Below, in pieces: positions 36,401-48,300 of a stretch of DNA of 64,000 nucleotides (its first letter is position 1; each line of letters begins with the position of its first letter). The translations under genes were made by a program, and so were the position numbers. The stretch is from Amoebophrya sp. A120 (taxonomy: Eukaryota > Protista > Dinoflagellata): the NCBI GenBank assembly GCA_905178155.1, contig CAJINV010000005.1, forward strand, positions 2,792,054-2,856,053, in the 5' to 3' direction. The notes beneath the pieces are model-generated. The model worked only from the letters and a program-made list of their open reading frames with translations, was not told the origin of the DNA and did not search any database.

Positions 36401-39400
36401 AAGGCGAAAAAGCTTGGGAAATTCGCCACGCAAGCAACGGCCCAACAAATAATAGCAAGCAACGGGCACACAGGGCCAGGGCCAGAACAAACCTGCCCCA
36501 CAGAATTAAACTCCTACCGTGTGCAGCGCGAGGGCCGCCGAGCTTCCTCGCTTATTTCCTTCGGGCTATGTACTTACTCGCCAGGCCATGCCGCCCTGCT
36601 CTTGGGCCGGCGCCCATGCCTGCAGGTAGCGACTTAGGGCCCGAAGCGAGAAGCGCAGCTGGCTAAAGGTTTTATCTTGCGCGCGCCCGCCTTCGGAGGA
36701 AGTGTGTCTGTGCAGACCCAAGCCGGCCGCCCGCTAGTATGGATTCCACCGCCTGCCTTTGCAATGGGCCCACGCACCCAAACAAGCCGCAACAGCGCCT
36801 AAGGCTGCGCACCCAGAGTCCGCCTCCTTTAAATGTTGGGCGCCATCGGCGGTAAAATTCCCCCCGGTGGCGTGCTTGACTTATATTCCACGGCGACAGG
36901 GCGAAGGCCTAGGCCGGGCAGCCATTAACTTCCTGGGCCCCGGGCCGGGCCGTGTCTGTTGGTGACATCTTTGCCGCAGCGCGAATAGTTAGCTTGCTTC
37001 CGCCGCGGCCATGTTTAAGGACTTGGGCCGCGTGGGCGGCAGCCTCGCGCGCTCTACTTTTGTTCGCCTGCTTTTTTCCTTGCCGCCGCCAGCCAATCAA
37101 TGCGCCCTATCTTTCCGGCGTGGCACAAACGCCCGCCCGAAGTGATATGCGAAACAGGTCTCGGGGCCCAGTGCGTGCGGTTTTCTCGGTTCCCACTGCA
37201 GGCCCTCCCACTTCCCATCTCCCTCGGGCCCCAGTGGGGTTTCCCAACTGCACAGGCCCCGGGGCGGGCCCAGTGCGGCGGGCTGTGGCTCTGGGCAAGC
37301 CGCAGCCCGATTGCTACCCTACCAGCTACCGTCGCCGCGCTGGCTCACACACTCTCGACACCCCGGCCGCCACGCCACGCGGCACGCATTGCGCCAAGGC
37401 GCCGGGGCAGCAGCGCCGGGGCCCTGCGTGGGGCTGCGGGCTTGGTTGCTTGGGATTCCTTGCGTGGCGTGCTTTCGGCGCGAATTGGTAGCCGCTGGGG
37501 CCTGTGGGCAGCTTACAAACCCGGCGAGGTGCTTGCGCCTGCGACCAGACCCCGGCGGGCCTGTACGCGTGAAGCCTGGCGCCCTTGTTTGCGGGGCACG
37601 CTGCCGGGCTCGGTCTGTGTGTCTGCATCTATTGTTTGCAAGCAACGTGATGAAGCCCAGCCGGGCTCCTGTTGACAAACCTCCCAGACAGGCCCCGACA
37701 TGCAAGGCCCGGGCTTCTATTGACAACCCCCCCCGCCAGCGAATTAAAATCCAGCGGGCGCATGCTAAACGAAAGCAAGAGGAAAATTGAAGTATTGGGG
37801 ACGACAGGAACGCTGCTGCTATGCCGTTTTTCGGACTTTTCTATGCCTTTTGTCAGGGAAATTCAGTAAAAAAGAAAAACGCTTTTTATTTTCTTTGTGT
37901 GAATTCCCAAACCCAAAGCCACGGCTTTCCGCCTCGTTTTGCTCGCATGACAAAAACTGGCATGCCGTGTTTCTTTCCAATCCCGACGGTGCGACGTTTG
38001 GCAGCTTCCTGCGTATTACTTAAACCATAACCATAAGCACCAGCGGCGTGCTGTGTGTCGGCCCGGGGTCCCTCGGGCTCACCCAAAGGGCGCCGGGGCC
38101 GGGCCAGTTCATAGGGCCTATTGCGGGATGGCCCGCCGGCGGATAAGCCGGGGGGGGGCGCCCCCCGGCTTATCCGCCACGGGGGCGGATAAGGATTTCA
38201 TTGTTACCCCACTCCTACTGACTTAGCTACCTCAACTAGCTATGATTTTGAACTACTTGTGTGCATTTGGTCAAGCGCCGCGCCGAAGCCTGGATCATGT
38301 CGAGCCCATTCTGCCGAACCGTTTTGAGCTGCGCGCCAACCCTCCCAGGTGGATGCGATTTGCTCAGCTTCCGGCAGTGCAAGCTGGAAGCTTGTTTTGG
38401 GCTCATAAAGATCGATTTGTAATGCGGACCTGCGTCTCAGGCGCGTCATGTTTTTGACATGGGAAAAGTGCTGCCGCGCCCACTGCATCACGCAGATAGA
38501 TGCCCAGAAGTGAGGCAGTTTAGGTGTGCTCTGGTTACCGGCCAGGGCCTCGGAAATCTGGCCAATTTGGCCAGCAAAAATGACCACTTTTCCGAAGCCT
38601 CCGGGCAAACCGATAACAAGCACCCTCTTTGCTCACTTTTATAGTCCGCGTGCCCCCGTGCTACGTCTCTGTTATCGGTTTCGGCTTGGCCACCCCACCG
38701 AAACCGATAACAAGGCAGGGATTTGCTCAGTTTATCGTGCCCATGCCACCGTGATAAAAATCTGTTATCGGTTGCGCTTTTGGCATCGCGCCAAATCCAA
38801 CCTTCGCAAAGTAGACCCATAAACTTGAGCTAGCCACGACCTGAGTCGGACTGTAAAAGTGGCCAAAAATGGTGCTTGTTATCGGTTTGGCCTTCTGAAC
38901 CGATAACAGACACCTAAGCACGGTGGCACGCGGACTATAAAAGTGCCCAAAAATGGTGCTTGTTATCGGTTTTGCCGGAGGTCCGGCAAAACGAGGGCAC
39001 TTTTGCCCCCCAGAAAGGAGGTCCGGAGGGCCTCCGGACAACAAGCATCCCCCTTGCCCAAGAACATCCCCAAAGACACTAGGAAACAAGGACGCTTACA
39101 GCTCTGCAAGCACTCCAAAAAGGAGTCCTTGTCAGCGCGCCGCCTCGCCAGCTTGGCGAGCGGATCGTCCTCGTCGATCTGCTTCTTCTTTGCCATGTCT
39201 ATCAGCTCGCTCTTACACTCAAACCACCCTCCCCTCGCACTGACAGAAGACGCGTCGCCGCCTATCAGCTCGCGGACGTGCTTTGCAAGCACTCGCAGCC
39301 ACACTGTTTTGTTGGCGCAGTTGGCAAGACAGTATCGAGATCGGACGCGGAGTCTGGCCTGGGATGACTGCGCGACACCGAACCGGAACGCCGCCACCTC

Positions 39401-42400
39401 GAGATCCGCCGCGTCAAGTCTGCCGTCTCGTGCCCCAGAAGGATGACCAAATGCACACAATTAGGTCAAAATCATCATGACCGACGATAGCTACCTCACT
39501 AGATAATTTTAAAAAAATTTTCGCTTTCGTTTCAAATTCTTAATTCGATAACGATAACAGATTTTTTTTCACCCCCTGCACGTCTCCGCAACACTTTGCG
39601 AAACTATTGCAGGAAAATCATCTTAGCGATGTCACTGGAGCGGACTGCAGTGTAGGTCCGGTAAATTTGTCAAACAGTGCAGGTGCTGGAGGAGCTTCTT
39701 GCATTTCTGCGTCTGCAACTGGTGCTTCTGGTTCTGCTGGTACAAGCAGAAGTCATCCAGGTGCTCCTGCTGCGTCCTCTTCAGCAACGACACTACAGCA
39801 GAATCAACAGCTCGACAAAAGAACGCAGGAGCAGTCACGACAGTCTTTTCTGAACCGACAGAAAAACACGAAGGTGGATCAGATGGCGCAGTTCTCAGAC
39901 GATTCAGCATCTTCGGACTACGAGGCAATCGAGACCATGTATGGCGGGGGGCGACGTCGCGCTGGTATTAAAGGCGATAGGAACAAACGCAAAACCGATA
40001 GCAGGAATCCAGCAAATGAAATGACCGACACAAAAATGGAAGAGGCCGCGGCGCCGTCTTGCTCTACTACCGGCGAAACTGCAGCCCAAGGACCCACAAC
40101 ATTGAAATTGATCCAGAACGACAACGATGATGAAAATATACAAGAGGTCTGCGAAGTAGACAACACCGACCCGCAGCAGCAATTGTGCAGTTACGTCGCT
40201 GGAACTACTACAAATGCGCCCGACGACCAATCCGACTCTGACAGTGAAGAACGCGAAAAACTCCGGATTCAGAACAAGGTCCTTGACGAATCCCACCGGT
40301 ACGCGCGGGAGCTGTTCGGGTTTCCGGGGGATCGGCGGCGAGACCACAACTTAACCCGTGGCGGCCGGAAACTTTGCCCGACCATGGCAAACCGGCAGGT
40401 CGCGTGCAGCATCGTGGAATTCTACGCCTGCGGCGGCGTTCTGAGGTATCCCTACGAAAACGCGACACCCCTCGCGCAGGACTTCCTGGCCAAGTTGCTC
40501 ACCGCGTTGGAGCAAGATCGGTTTTCAGCGAAGGAAGCGCTGCAACACCCCTGGATCACAACGATCGACTTCCGCGATCAGCAGTACCAGCGAAGCAAGA
40601 AGTTGCGGAAAAAATTCTCGAAGTTGAGGACAGTGTATGGCAGTAGAACGTCCTGATTGGTCGTGTATCTTTCCGTGCATACTATTCGTGGCCTCGATTT
40701 TTTCTTGATGAAGATGAAGTTGTAGTTGGCATGAAGATGGGTGAGCGCATTCACGCAGTGGCATTTTTCGTTTACGATTATTTGGCGCGCTTTTGAAAAA
40801 TAAAGGGCCGATGCGTCGGTTTTGATGTTGCATAGCAGAAAGAAACGAAAGTTCCATTACGCGTACGAAACAAAATCGAGCATCACGAAATGCATGGACG
40901 ACAAATTTTTCAGCTATATAAAGTGGTGAGTCCATTGTCGCGACGATTCTGATGGTTCTGCGTGAGCTTTATGCAATAGCAATACCATATTTTCCGCGCA
41001 CGTGCAAAATGCGACAGTTTTACTCAGGCTGGAACGCTTGTCATGCTGACTTCTAGGACCGGAGGGCAGGCAAGTTTTGTTATGCAGCGATTCCGCATTT
41101 GTACGTGTACAGGAAATTATTCAAGTTTCCTGTGGATAAGCTTGCCAGCAATTACATACACGCGCCGCCGGATGATCACTATTTGGCTTCTGGCACTGAA
41201 ATTTGAAAACATTTTCCGATGCATAATGGTGGCTATCTGTTTAGGCGAACAAGGCTGCAACTCTTTGCTTTTAGCACTTTCGAGTGCACCCTTCGGCGCT
41301 TTGTTTTATCCACGTAAAGGCTCCTAATACTCAACTACTCGCCCCACGTTATTTTGGATGTTTCGCCGTCGAGTACTCCTCCTTGATGCAGACGCGTTTT
41401 TTTTTTTTACTTTCCGCTCGACGACACACTAACACCACTACGCCTAAAGCCACGACTCAGTGTAGTCGTCTTCACATTGACTTACGCACGACACACATCT
41501 GAGAATAGAAAATTTTAGTTGATATCTGTCATTTCTAATTTTCTGAGAATTCAAAAAAAAATTGCATCTGCAGCTACCTATCTGCATATGTTCTCCAATG
41601 ATTTCAGCCTGCCATGTATTGAACAAGAGCTGAAAATGATTGTTTGTTCGGGCCTACTTTGGTGGTGGAACGCGACGCTACTGCTCACCGTTTTGTTAGT
41701 GCTACAACTTTAAAGAATTAGGACATTGTAAATGTTCAACAAGTTGAGATATATTTTTCTTTTTCCACATTGGACGCGGCACTTATCGTATTGTAGAAGC
41801 GTTTCGCGGTCCATCGTTGACTCAGTCACCATGGGCATGAATCTTCTCTGCGATAAAGATAATTCGTGCAATTTGTTCCAATCCTTTTGACGATTTTTTT
41901 CTAGCATCTGTTTCTAGGTCTAGCTTTGTAATTGTAATATGTTGGATTTTTGAAACGTCAGGTGTTCCTATTCTGGCTTATCCCACGTTTTTACTTTTTG
42001 TGAAACGCAACTGCAAGCATGCCATGCTAAGGGCATTTCATCATCCAATTTTCCGTATTCTATGTCGAAAAATGTCCGCAAAATCAAAAGCAAAAATGAA
42101 ACCCAGAGCTCGTTGTCGTTTGAAAGAATGTGAATGAAAATTTGATTTATTTGTAAACGATAGATAGTGACTCTGTGGCTCGTCTTCCTGCGAATCGTGG
42201 ATTGATGATGAAGCTTGTGTTTACTAACTGCAGGCAAGAACAGAGTGATCCATCCTGTCTGTTGTGTTGTCTTCGTCTTGCCCCTGCTTGTAATTGAACG
42301 TGATTGCGCTCTTCAGAGAGAAATTTTCGAAGATCCTCGTTCTTGGAGATCAGCAGATTGTCGTGGTTTTTTGATCTTGGAAGTTGCCGCTTCAGAAGAT

Positions 42401-43345
42401 CCCGTCTTGCTAGTATTGTGTTATTGCCAATTTTATGCGAGTTATTCGTCCCGTTCCAATCTGCTTCGGCTCGGAGTCATGGTCTATTTTTTGCTGGATT
42501 GATTTTCCCCCGCCTGCACCTGCAATTGCATTCGGTCGTGCTCCGTGCACGCAGTAAAATAATGTCATGATTCGTAAACATTGAGTCAGTTCAACATGGA
42601 GCCCCTAGAGGTACGATATTTTCGTGCAGGTTGCAAAAGCCTGCGCGACTTTTTTCTGGCATTTTTCTATTGTCTTTTTCCTACGCAAGAAGGTTCTGAC
42701 AAATTTTCAGAAAGAAGAGGATGCGCAGGTCGCCGCAAGTCCAAAGCACATCAACCGTGTGCTGCTGCTGCTCGGGCGGTACTCGTCTACAAACGACGGT
42801 CGAGGACCAAAAGCGGGGTCGGGGACGCAAGAGTGATGTCATACCGCAAAGAAATCCTCCTCGTGCTTCCCATCGTAGTGTGCTCGCGATCAAGAGTTTA
42901 TGTTTTAAACGGTCGTTAGCATACAGAAGGGTGAATTCCCAGTGAATTTGTATTGCGTGGCATGATGCATGAATTAATCAGGTGCATGCGAAGAACACGG
43001 GGACAACATACAAGAAGCCAGCGCGCCGTGTTGATGGGCTGCTTGGCTGGTGGCGCTTCCCTCCTGTGGACGCTTGCCGCTTGTTGCCCAAAGTGGCGCA
43101 CCTGGTGGACTGCGAAGCAACGCAGGTGGCTTGTGGCGGTCTTACAACACGACGCTGCATGATCCGCCGACTCGATAGTGGCGGATCGACCGGGACGAGG
43201 GCCATGCCTGAAAAGGTGGCCAAATGTACTAGCTCAACATGTCAAAATAGAGAAGTCGCGTCACGGGTTGTGGCTGCCTCGGCTTGGATATCTGAAGACA
43301 GGTTGCTACGGATGCTAGCATCGCCTGCTTTGCTCTGTAAGTAAC
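28965..43345 (+). repeat. Near-identical 7190-bp tandem duplication (28965-36154 / 36156-43345), likely assembly artefact
   Basis: All ORFs recur at +7191; the junction is a single N at 36155; only one difference was noticed (near 36104 / 43295). Confidence 0.9.
31051..32284. mobile_element. Nested TIR element with a 15-16-bp flanking duplication
   Basis: TIR atgattttga...gtgtgcatttggtca 31051-31082 / 32253-32284; direct repeat tagctacctc(a)actag at 31033-31048 and 32297-32311; internal aaccgataac repeats in both orientations. Confidence 0.7.
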
Positions 43346-44088
43346 CTCTTCCCAGCTGTGTTCCTGCCTCATCTTGGTCGGTTCCTCTAGTAGTCTTCTT
43401 TGACGTGACCCCCAGGTCAGGAATTCTCTTGGTGAATTTTGGGGCTTTTTCTTTTTGTTAAACTTTTTGGAAGCCCCAAAACCCGGAGTTTCTCACGCGC
43501 TAGCGAATTTTGAAAATGAGCCGGAGGCCAAAATTCACCGGCGCCCTTTTCAAAATTCACCCCAAAACTCACCGGGCGCCCCTTTTCGACCGTGATACGC
43601 AAACTTTAGCGCAGAAAAGTGCTCAAAAAAGTGCACAGATAGGCCATGAGAAGGAACGCAAAGGGGGGAAAAGCGGAGTCCTCTGCTGCCCTAAGCCCGT
43701 CTGTGTTCTGCTGAAAATGCCGCAAGATTTCACGCGCCTGCCGGAAAAATGCTTCAAAGCTCTCGGTCGGGTCCTTTCGTCCTTGCCTGCCTTCTTGCTT
43801 AGTTGTATGCGCTTCGCAGCCTTTATTTCTGGCGTCCTTGCCGCGGCTGCTGCAGTGCTCTTCTGCGAGAACGGGGAGGCGCAAAAATCTGCCCAAAGAA
43901 CGGCGCCCGGGCCATGTCCTCTGGCTGCCCACTGCACAAAAGCCCGCGGCTGCTGCGCGGTGCAGGGCCTTCTACTTCCCAGAACAGGGCCAAGAGGGAC
44001 AATGTCCCGGCGGGCTCATCTGCAATTTGGCATGCAAAATCCACTACAAATTCACCACTTCTCATGCTAACGGGTGTTAAAGCTCTAG
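42888..44088 (+). mobile_element. 1.2-kb TIR element between duplicated gene starts (arm 1)
   Basis: Ends cgttagcatacagaag...cttctcatgctaacg; flanked by about 60-bp repeats at 42821-42887 and 44089-44150. Confidence 0.8.
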
Positions 44089-44150
44089 GCAAGAGTGATG
44101 TCATACCGCAAAGAAATCCTCCTCGTGCTTCCCATCGTGTGCTCGCTTAT

Positions 44151-45341
44151 TTAGAGCTTTAACGCCCGTTAGCATGAGAAGTTGCGAATTTGTAGCGAAT
44201 TTTGCATGACAAATTGCAGGTGGGTCCGCCGGTACATTGTCCCTCTTGCCCTTCTGGGAAGTGGGTTCTGCACACCGCAGAAGTCAAGGCTTATGCGGCG
44301 GGCAGCTTCTAGACATGGCCTGGGTGCCGTTCTATGGCCATGCCCATTCGTCTCCCTGTGCTCGCATAAGAGCACTGCAGCAGCCGCGGCAAAGACGCCA
44401 AAAAGAAAGGCTGCGAAGCGCATGCAATTAGGCAGGAAGGCGCAAAAAAAAGGGTGAAAGGACCAGGCCGAGAGCTTTGACGCGTCTATCCGGCAGGCGC
44501 GTGAACTTTCCAGGCCTCTTCGGCAGAATATAGAGGCGCTGAGGGCAACAGAGGGCGCTTGTCTTTTCCCCTGCTCGGCCCCACTTCCCAGGGCCTATGT
44601 GCGGACATTCTTAAGCACTTTGCTGCGCTGAAGTTTGCTTATCACGGTGGAAAAGGGGAGCCCGGTGAATTTTGGGGTGAATTTTGAAAAAAGTGCCGGC
44701 GAATTTTGGCCTACGGCACTTGTTCAAAATTCGCTGGCGCATGAGAAACTCCGGGTTTTGGAGCTTCAAAAAATTTTCGCAAAAAGAAGAAGCCTCAAAA
44801 TTCACCAAGAAAATTCCTGACCTGGAGGTCTCGCCAAAGAAGACTAGAGGACCCGACCAAGATGAGGCAGGAACACAGCTGGGAAGAAGTTACAGAGCAA
44901 AGCAGGCGAAGCTAGCATCCATTGCAACGCGTCTCCAGCTATCCAAGCCGAGACAGCAACAACCCGTGACGCGACTTCTCTATTTTGAGATATTGAGCTA
45001 CTGCCCCTGCCCCCCTTTCCAGGCATGGCCCTCCCTATCGATCTGCCACCATCGCGTCTGCGGATCAACATGCAGCATCGTGCTGTAAAACCGGCGCCAC
45101 AAGCCACCTGTGTTGCCTCGCAGTCGCTAGGTGCGCCCCGGTGGGCAACAGGCGGCAAGCGTCCACAGGAGGGCAGCGTCACCAGCCAGGCGGCCCATCA
45201 ACACGGCGCGCTGGCTGCTTGTTTTCCTCGTGTTCTTCGCATGATGCACGTGATAGATTAGTTCATGATGCATTGCCACGCAATACAAATTCACTGCAAA
45301 ATCACCCTTCTGTATGCTAACGCCCGTCCAAGGCATAAGGT
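44151..45341 (-). mobile_element. Inverted, diverged second copy of the 1.2-kb element (arm 2)
   Basis: Reverse-complement similarity to 42888-44088 along its length; followed by a third repeat copy at 45342-45409. Confidence 0.8.
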
Positions 45342-45356
45342 GGGGACGCAAGAGTG

Positions 45357-48300
45357 ATGTCATACCGCAGAGAAATCCTCCTCGTGCTTCCCATCGTGTG
45401 CTCGCTTATCACTTCAGAATTTCTCGTCCCCGCACAAGTTCACCTCTCGTCCCCGTCAGAAGCCGGGATATTAAAAACCCCAACCCCGCCCAACGAGACC
45501 CTCCTCCTCCGCCCTTCCGGCACCCCGAAGCAGCGGCCGGTGCAATGTTTTGCGCATTCGGAGTTGACGTACCGTATCAAATGCAAAAATGTCTGGGTCT
45601 GGAAGGTTGGAACTTGTGATGCTAACTTTGGATATATAAAAAAATCTGTATTGCATGACCAGCAGGAGGAGTCCTGTTTGTGCTACGCGGGGAGGGCATT
45701 TGTCATGCGGGATGGGCATCAGGAAGGCCTCTAAAAATATGTGATGCTAGATCATGCATTACAGACATCCCGAGTCATGCAAAATATGCATGACAAACCT
45801 GGTAACCTTCCAGACCCAGACATTTTTACATTTGATATACCAACGGTGCTGTCAACAGCGGCAGGAGCACTGCGTCTCCACGCTGTCCGACCCTGCGTTT
45901 TTCTACAAGGCCTGCTGCGAAGACCGGTACCTATCAAATGTAAAAATGTCTGGGTCTGGAAGATTTTGAGGTTTGTCATGCATATTTTGGAAGACTCATG
46001 ATGTCTGTGATGCATGCGCTAGCATGACAGATTTTTGGAGGCCTTTGTGATGCCTCTACCGCATGAGAAATGCCCTCCCCGGGTAGCACAAACTGGAGTT
46101 CTGTTGCCGGTCATGCCATGCAAATTTTTTTAGAGTCCAGAGACAGCATCACAAGTTTAGAATCTTCCAGACCCAGACACTTTTGCATTTGATAGTACCT
46201 CGCGGTCAACGACGTTCCCGCGCACCTGGGAAATCTCGTCATATCCTGTGCAAAAGTGTCGTACTCGTATAAATGCAAGTCTTGCATTACAAATCTTTAT
46301 CGTAAGGGAAATCCGCATTACAAATTTTCTCTCTTATGCTGAGAAAATTTGTAATGCATTTATACGAGTACGATACTTTTGCAGTTCACACGTCACCGCG
46401 CTGGTCGATATGGCATACATCGCGAAGCAAACAGACAGGATACTGTTGGCGCCAGTGGACAAAAAACTCTTTGGCCCGGTGTTCAGCGATTTACGAGACT
46501 GGTATAATCGCAACGGGGGCGCGCCGGATCTTCATGCTGGTAGTTCGCATTCTGTCGGCAGCGACAAGGGTAAAAATAATATCAACGTCGAAAGGCTGAT
46601 AGATGACGGTCTCTCCGAAAGCGATCCTGCAGCGCTGTGGCAGTTTCTGCGAAAAGCTAAAACATCATTGCAAAAGGGAACTGCAGCAACCGAGCACGGA
46701 GCAAACCAAGAGCAGGAGCGTCAGGAGGCCCTTTATTGGGCGAAGCGACTGTATAGGAAGCGATTTCGAGAGCGGGCTGATGTGAACCCCTTGGTGAGCC
46801 TGGTCGGTCAGAGACCAAAAACTAGCGAACAGGCGCATCATAATAATCATCCTGCCGGTGCAAACAGGACGGCAGAAGGCAGACTTGAGGCAGCACAAGC
46901 AGCACGCTCGTCGACCAGCGGCCGTGGTCCTCGAGGAACCTACAGAGAAGCGGCACCCCTTCATTATCAAGCTCTCAAGGATCTCCCCGTGACCGCAAGC
47001 AATCTGAGAAAGCTCGCCCTCGCCTACGAGCAGAAAACCCAGAGGTTCCGTGCGGTGATTGGCCGGTCTTTTTTCAAGCTCGGCTGCCCGCAACTCCCCG
47101 TGGTCGACATCGCGGGCGGGGGTCGGGAGGGTCCGTTTCGCTTCGCCTTAGATCAACAGGGCGCCGAAACCAGTCCGGCGAAGCTGATTTTGATTTATCA
47201 GGGTTTGTACCACGATCACTCGCTGGACACGATCATGCAGCTGCACGGTAAAAAACAAATTCTCGCGGACAAAAAGACCAAAACCATGCTGGAGAATTTT
47301 CCGACGAAAATCTCCAGCAAGAGAAGTAGAGGCTCTACTACTTCAAAGAGGACTACTGGAGATCATGTTGAAGTAGACGTCGACCCGGATGAAGATGATT
47401 TTAATTCCTCAGACGAAGACACGGAAACGCAAAAGATTTCCTTCTCCGGCCACTTTCCGGATAACTACCCCGTGGGCGGAAGGGAGGAGATATCCACTGC
47501 AAAAGTATCTCACGACTGGCATCGGTTGCATACATACTGTATGAACCAGTTGCAATACAGCAATACAAATTTCATTTTTCCTAAATGTAAATCTGCAACC
47601 ACCACGCAAACCATAGCTAGTACAACGGCACTTTTGCAATGCATAGGAGACCATTGCACGCATGGAGAAGAAGATGGAGGAGGAGCAGAAGCTCGCGGAG
47701 AAGGATACTGAATACGACAGGACGATGAAGTCGCGGATTGACGAGATGGAGCTCCACTACATGCTCTTACGGGACCGGTGGGTCGCGAGATTTCCGCAAG
47801 TCGTCAGATTAACCGGCGAGGACGCAATTACTTTCTGGGATGAGATGGAGAAACCGATCCGATATCCTCGCGGAAATGACCAGAGCGGCGGCAATGAAAA
47901 CGTGCAATTCCTGAAAAGAGCGATACTACGGAAGTACGAAGCGCTGTATACTTCGCAAATAAATGCTTCATCAGCAGAGGCAAGACAAAAGTTCTATCAC
48001 CTACTCTTCCACTCCAACCCCCCTGTTTCTCAGCTGAGAAATCTCTACCGCTTTCTGTACCACGACGACGCCGCGCCGTCGAGATTGTTACCTCCTGGGT
48101 TGGTCAAACCATTTCTGGTTTCCGAGTGCGGGAGTCCGGATTACGGAGAGAGTGGAAACTCGGTCGCTTTACTGAAATACGCGGAACGGCAGAACGAGTT
48201 TCTTTTTGGACATCAAGCAAATTTTCTGCAAACCGCTGCAGAAGAAGACGCGAGCAGAAATCACATGAAACGAGTGCGACACCGCGAACACGGAGCAAGT

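Noticed and set aside
39607-40656. Second kinase gene
   Set aside because: It is an exact copy of the last exon within the probable assembly duplication.
13332-46194. Recurrent 30-bp repeat as a CRISPR array
   Set aside because: The repeats are inverted pairs at element ends, are dispersed, and have no spacers or cas genes.
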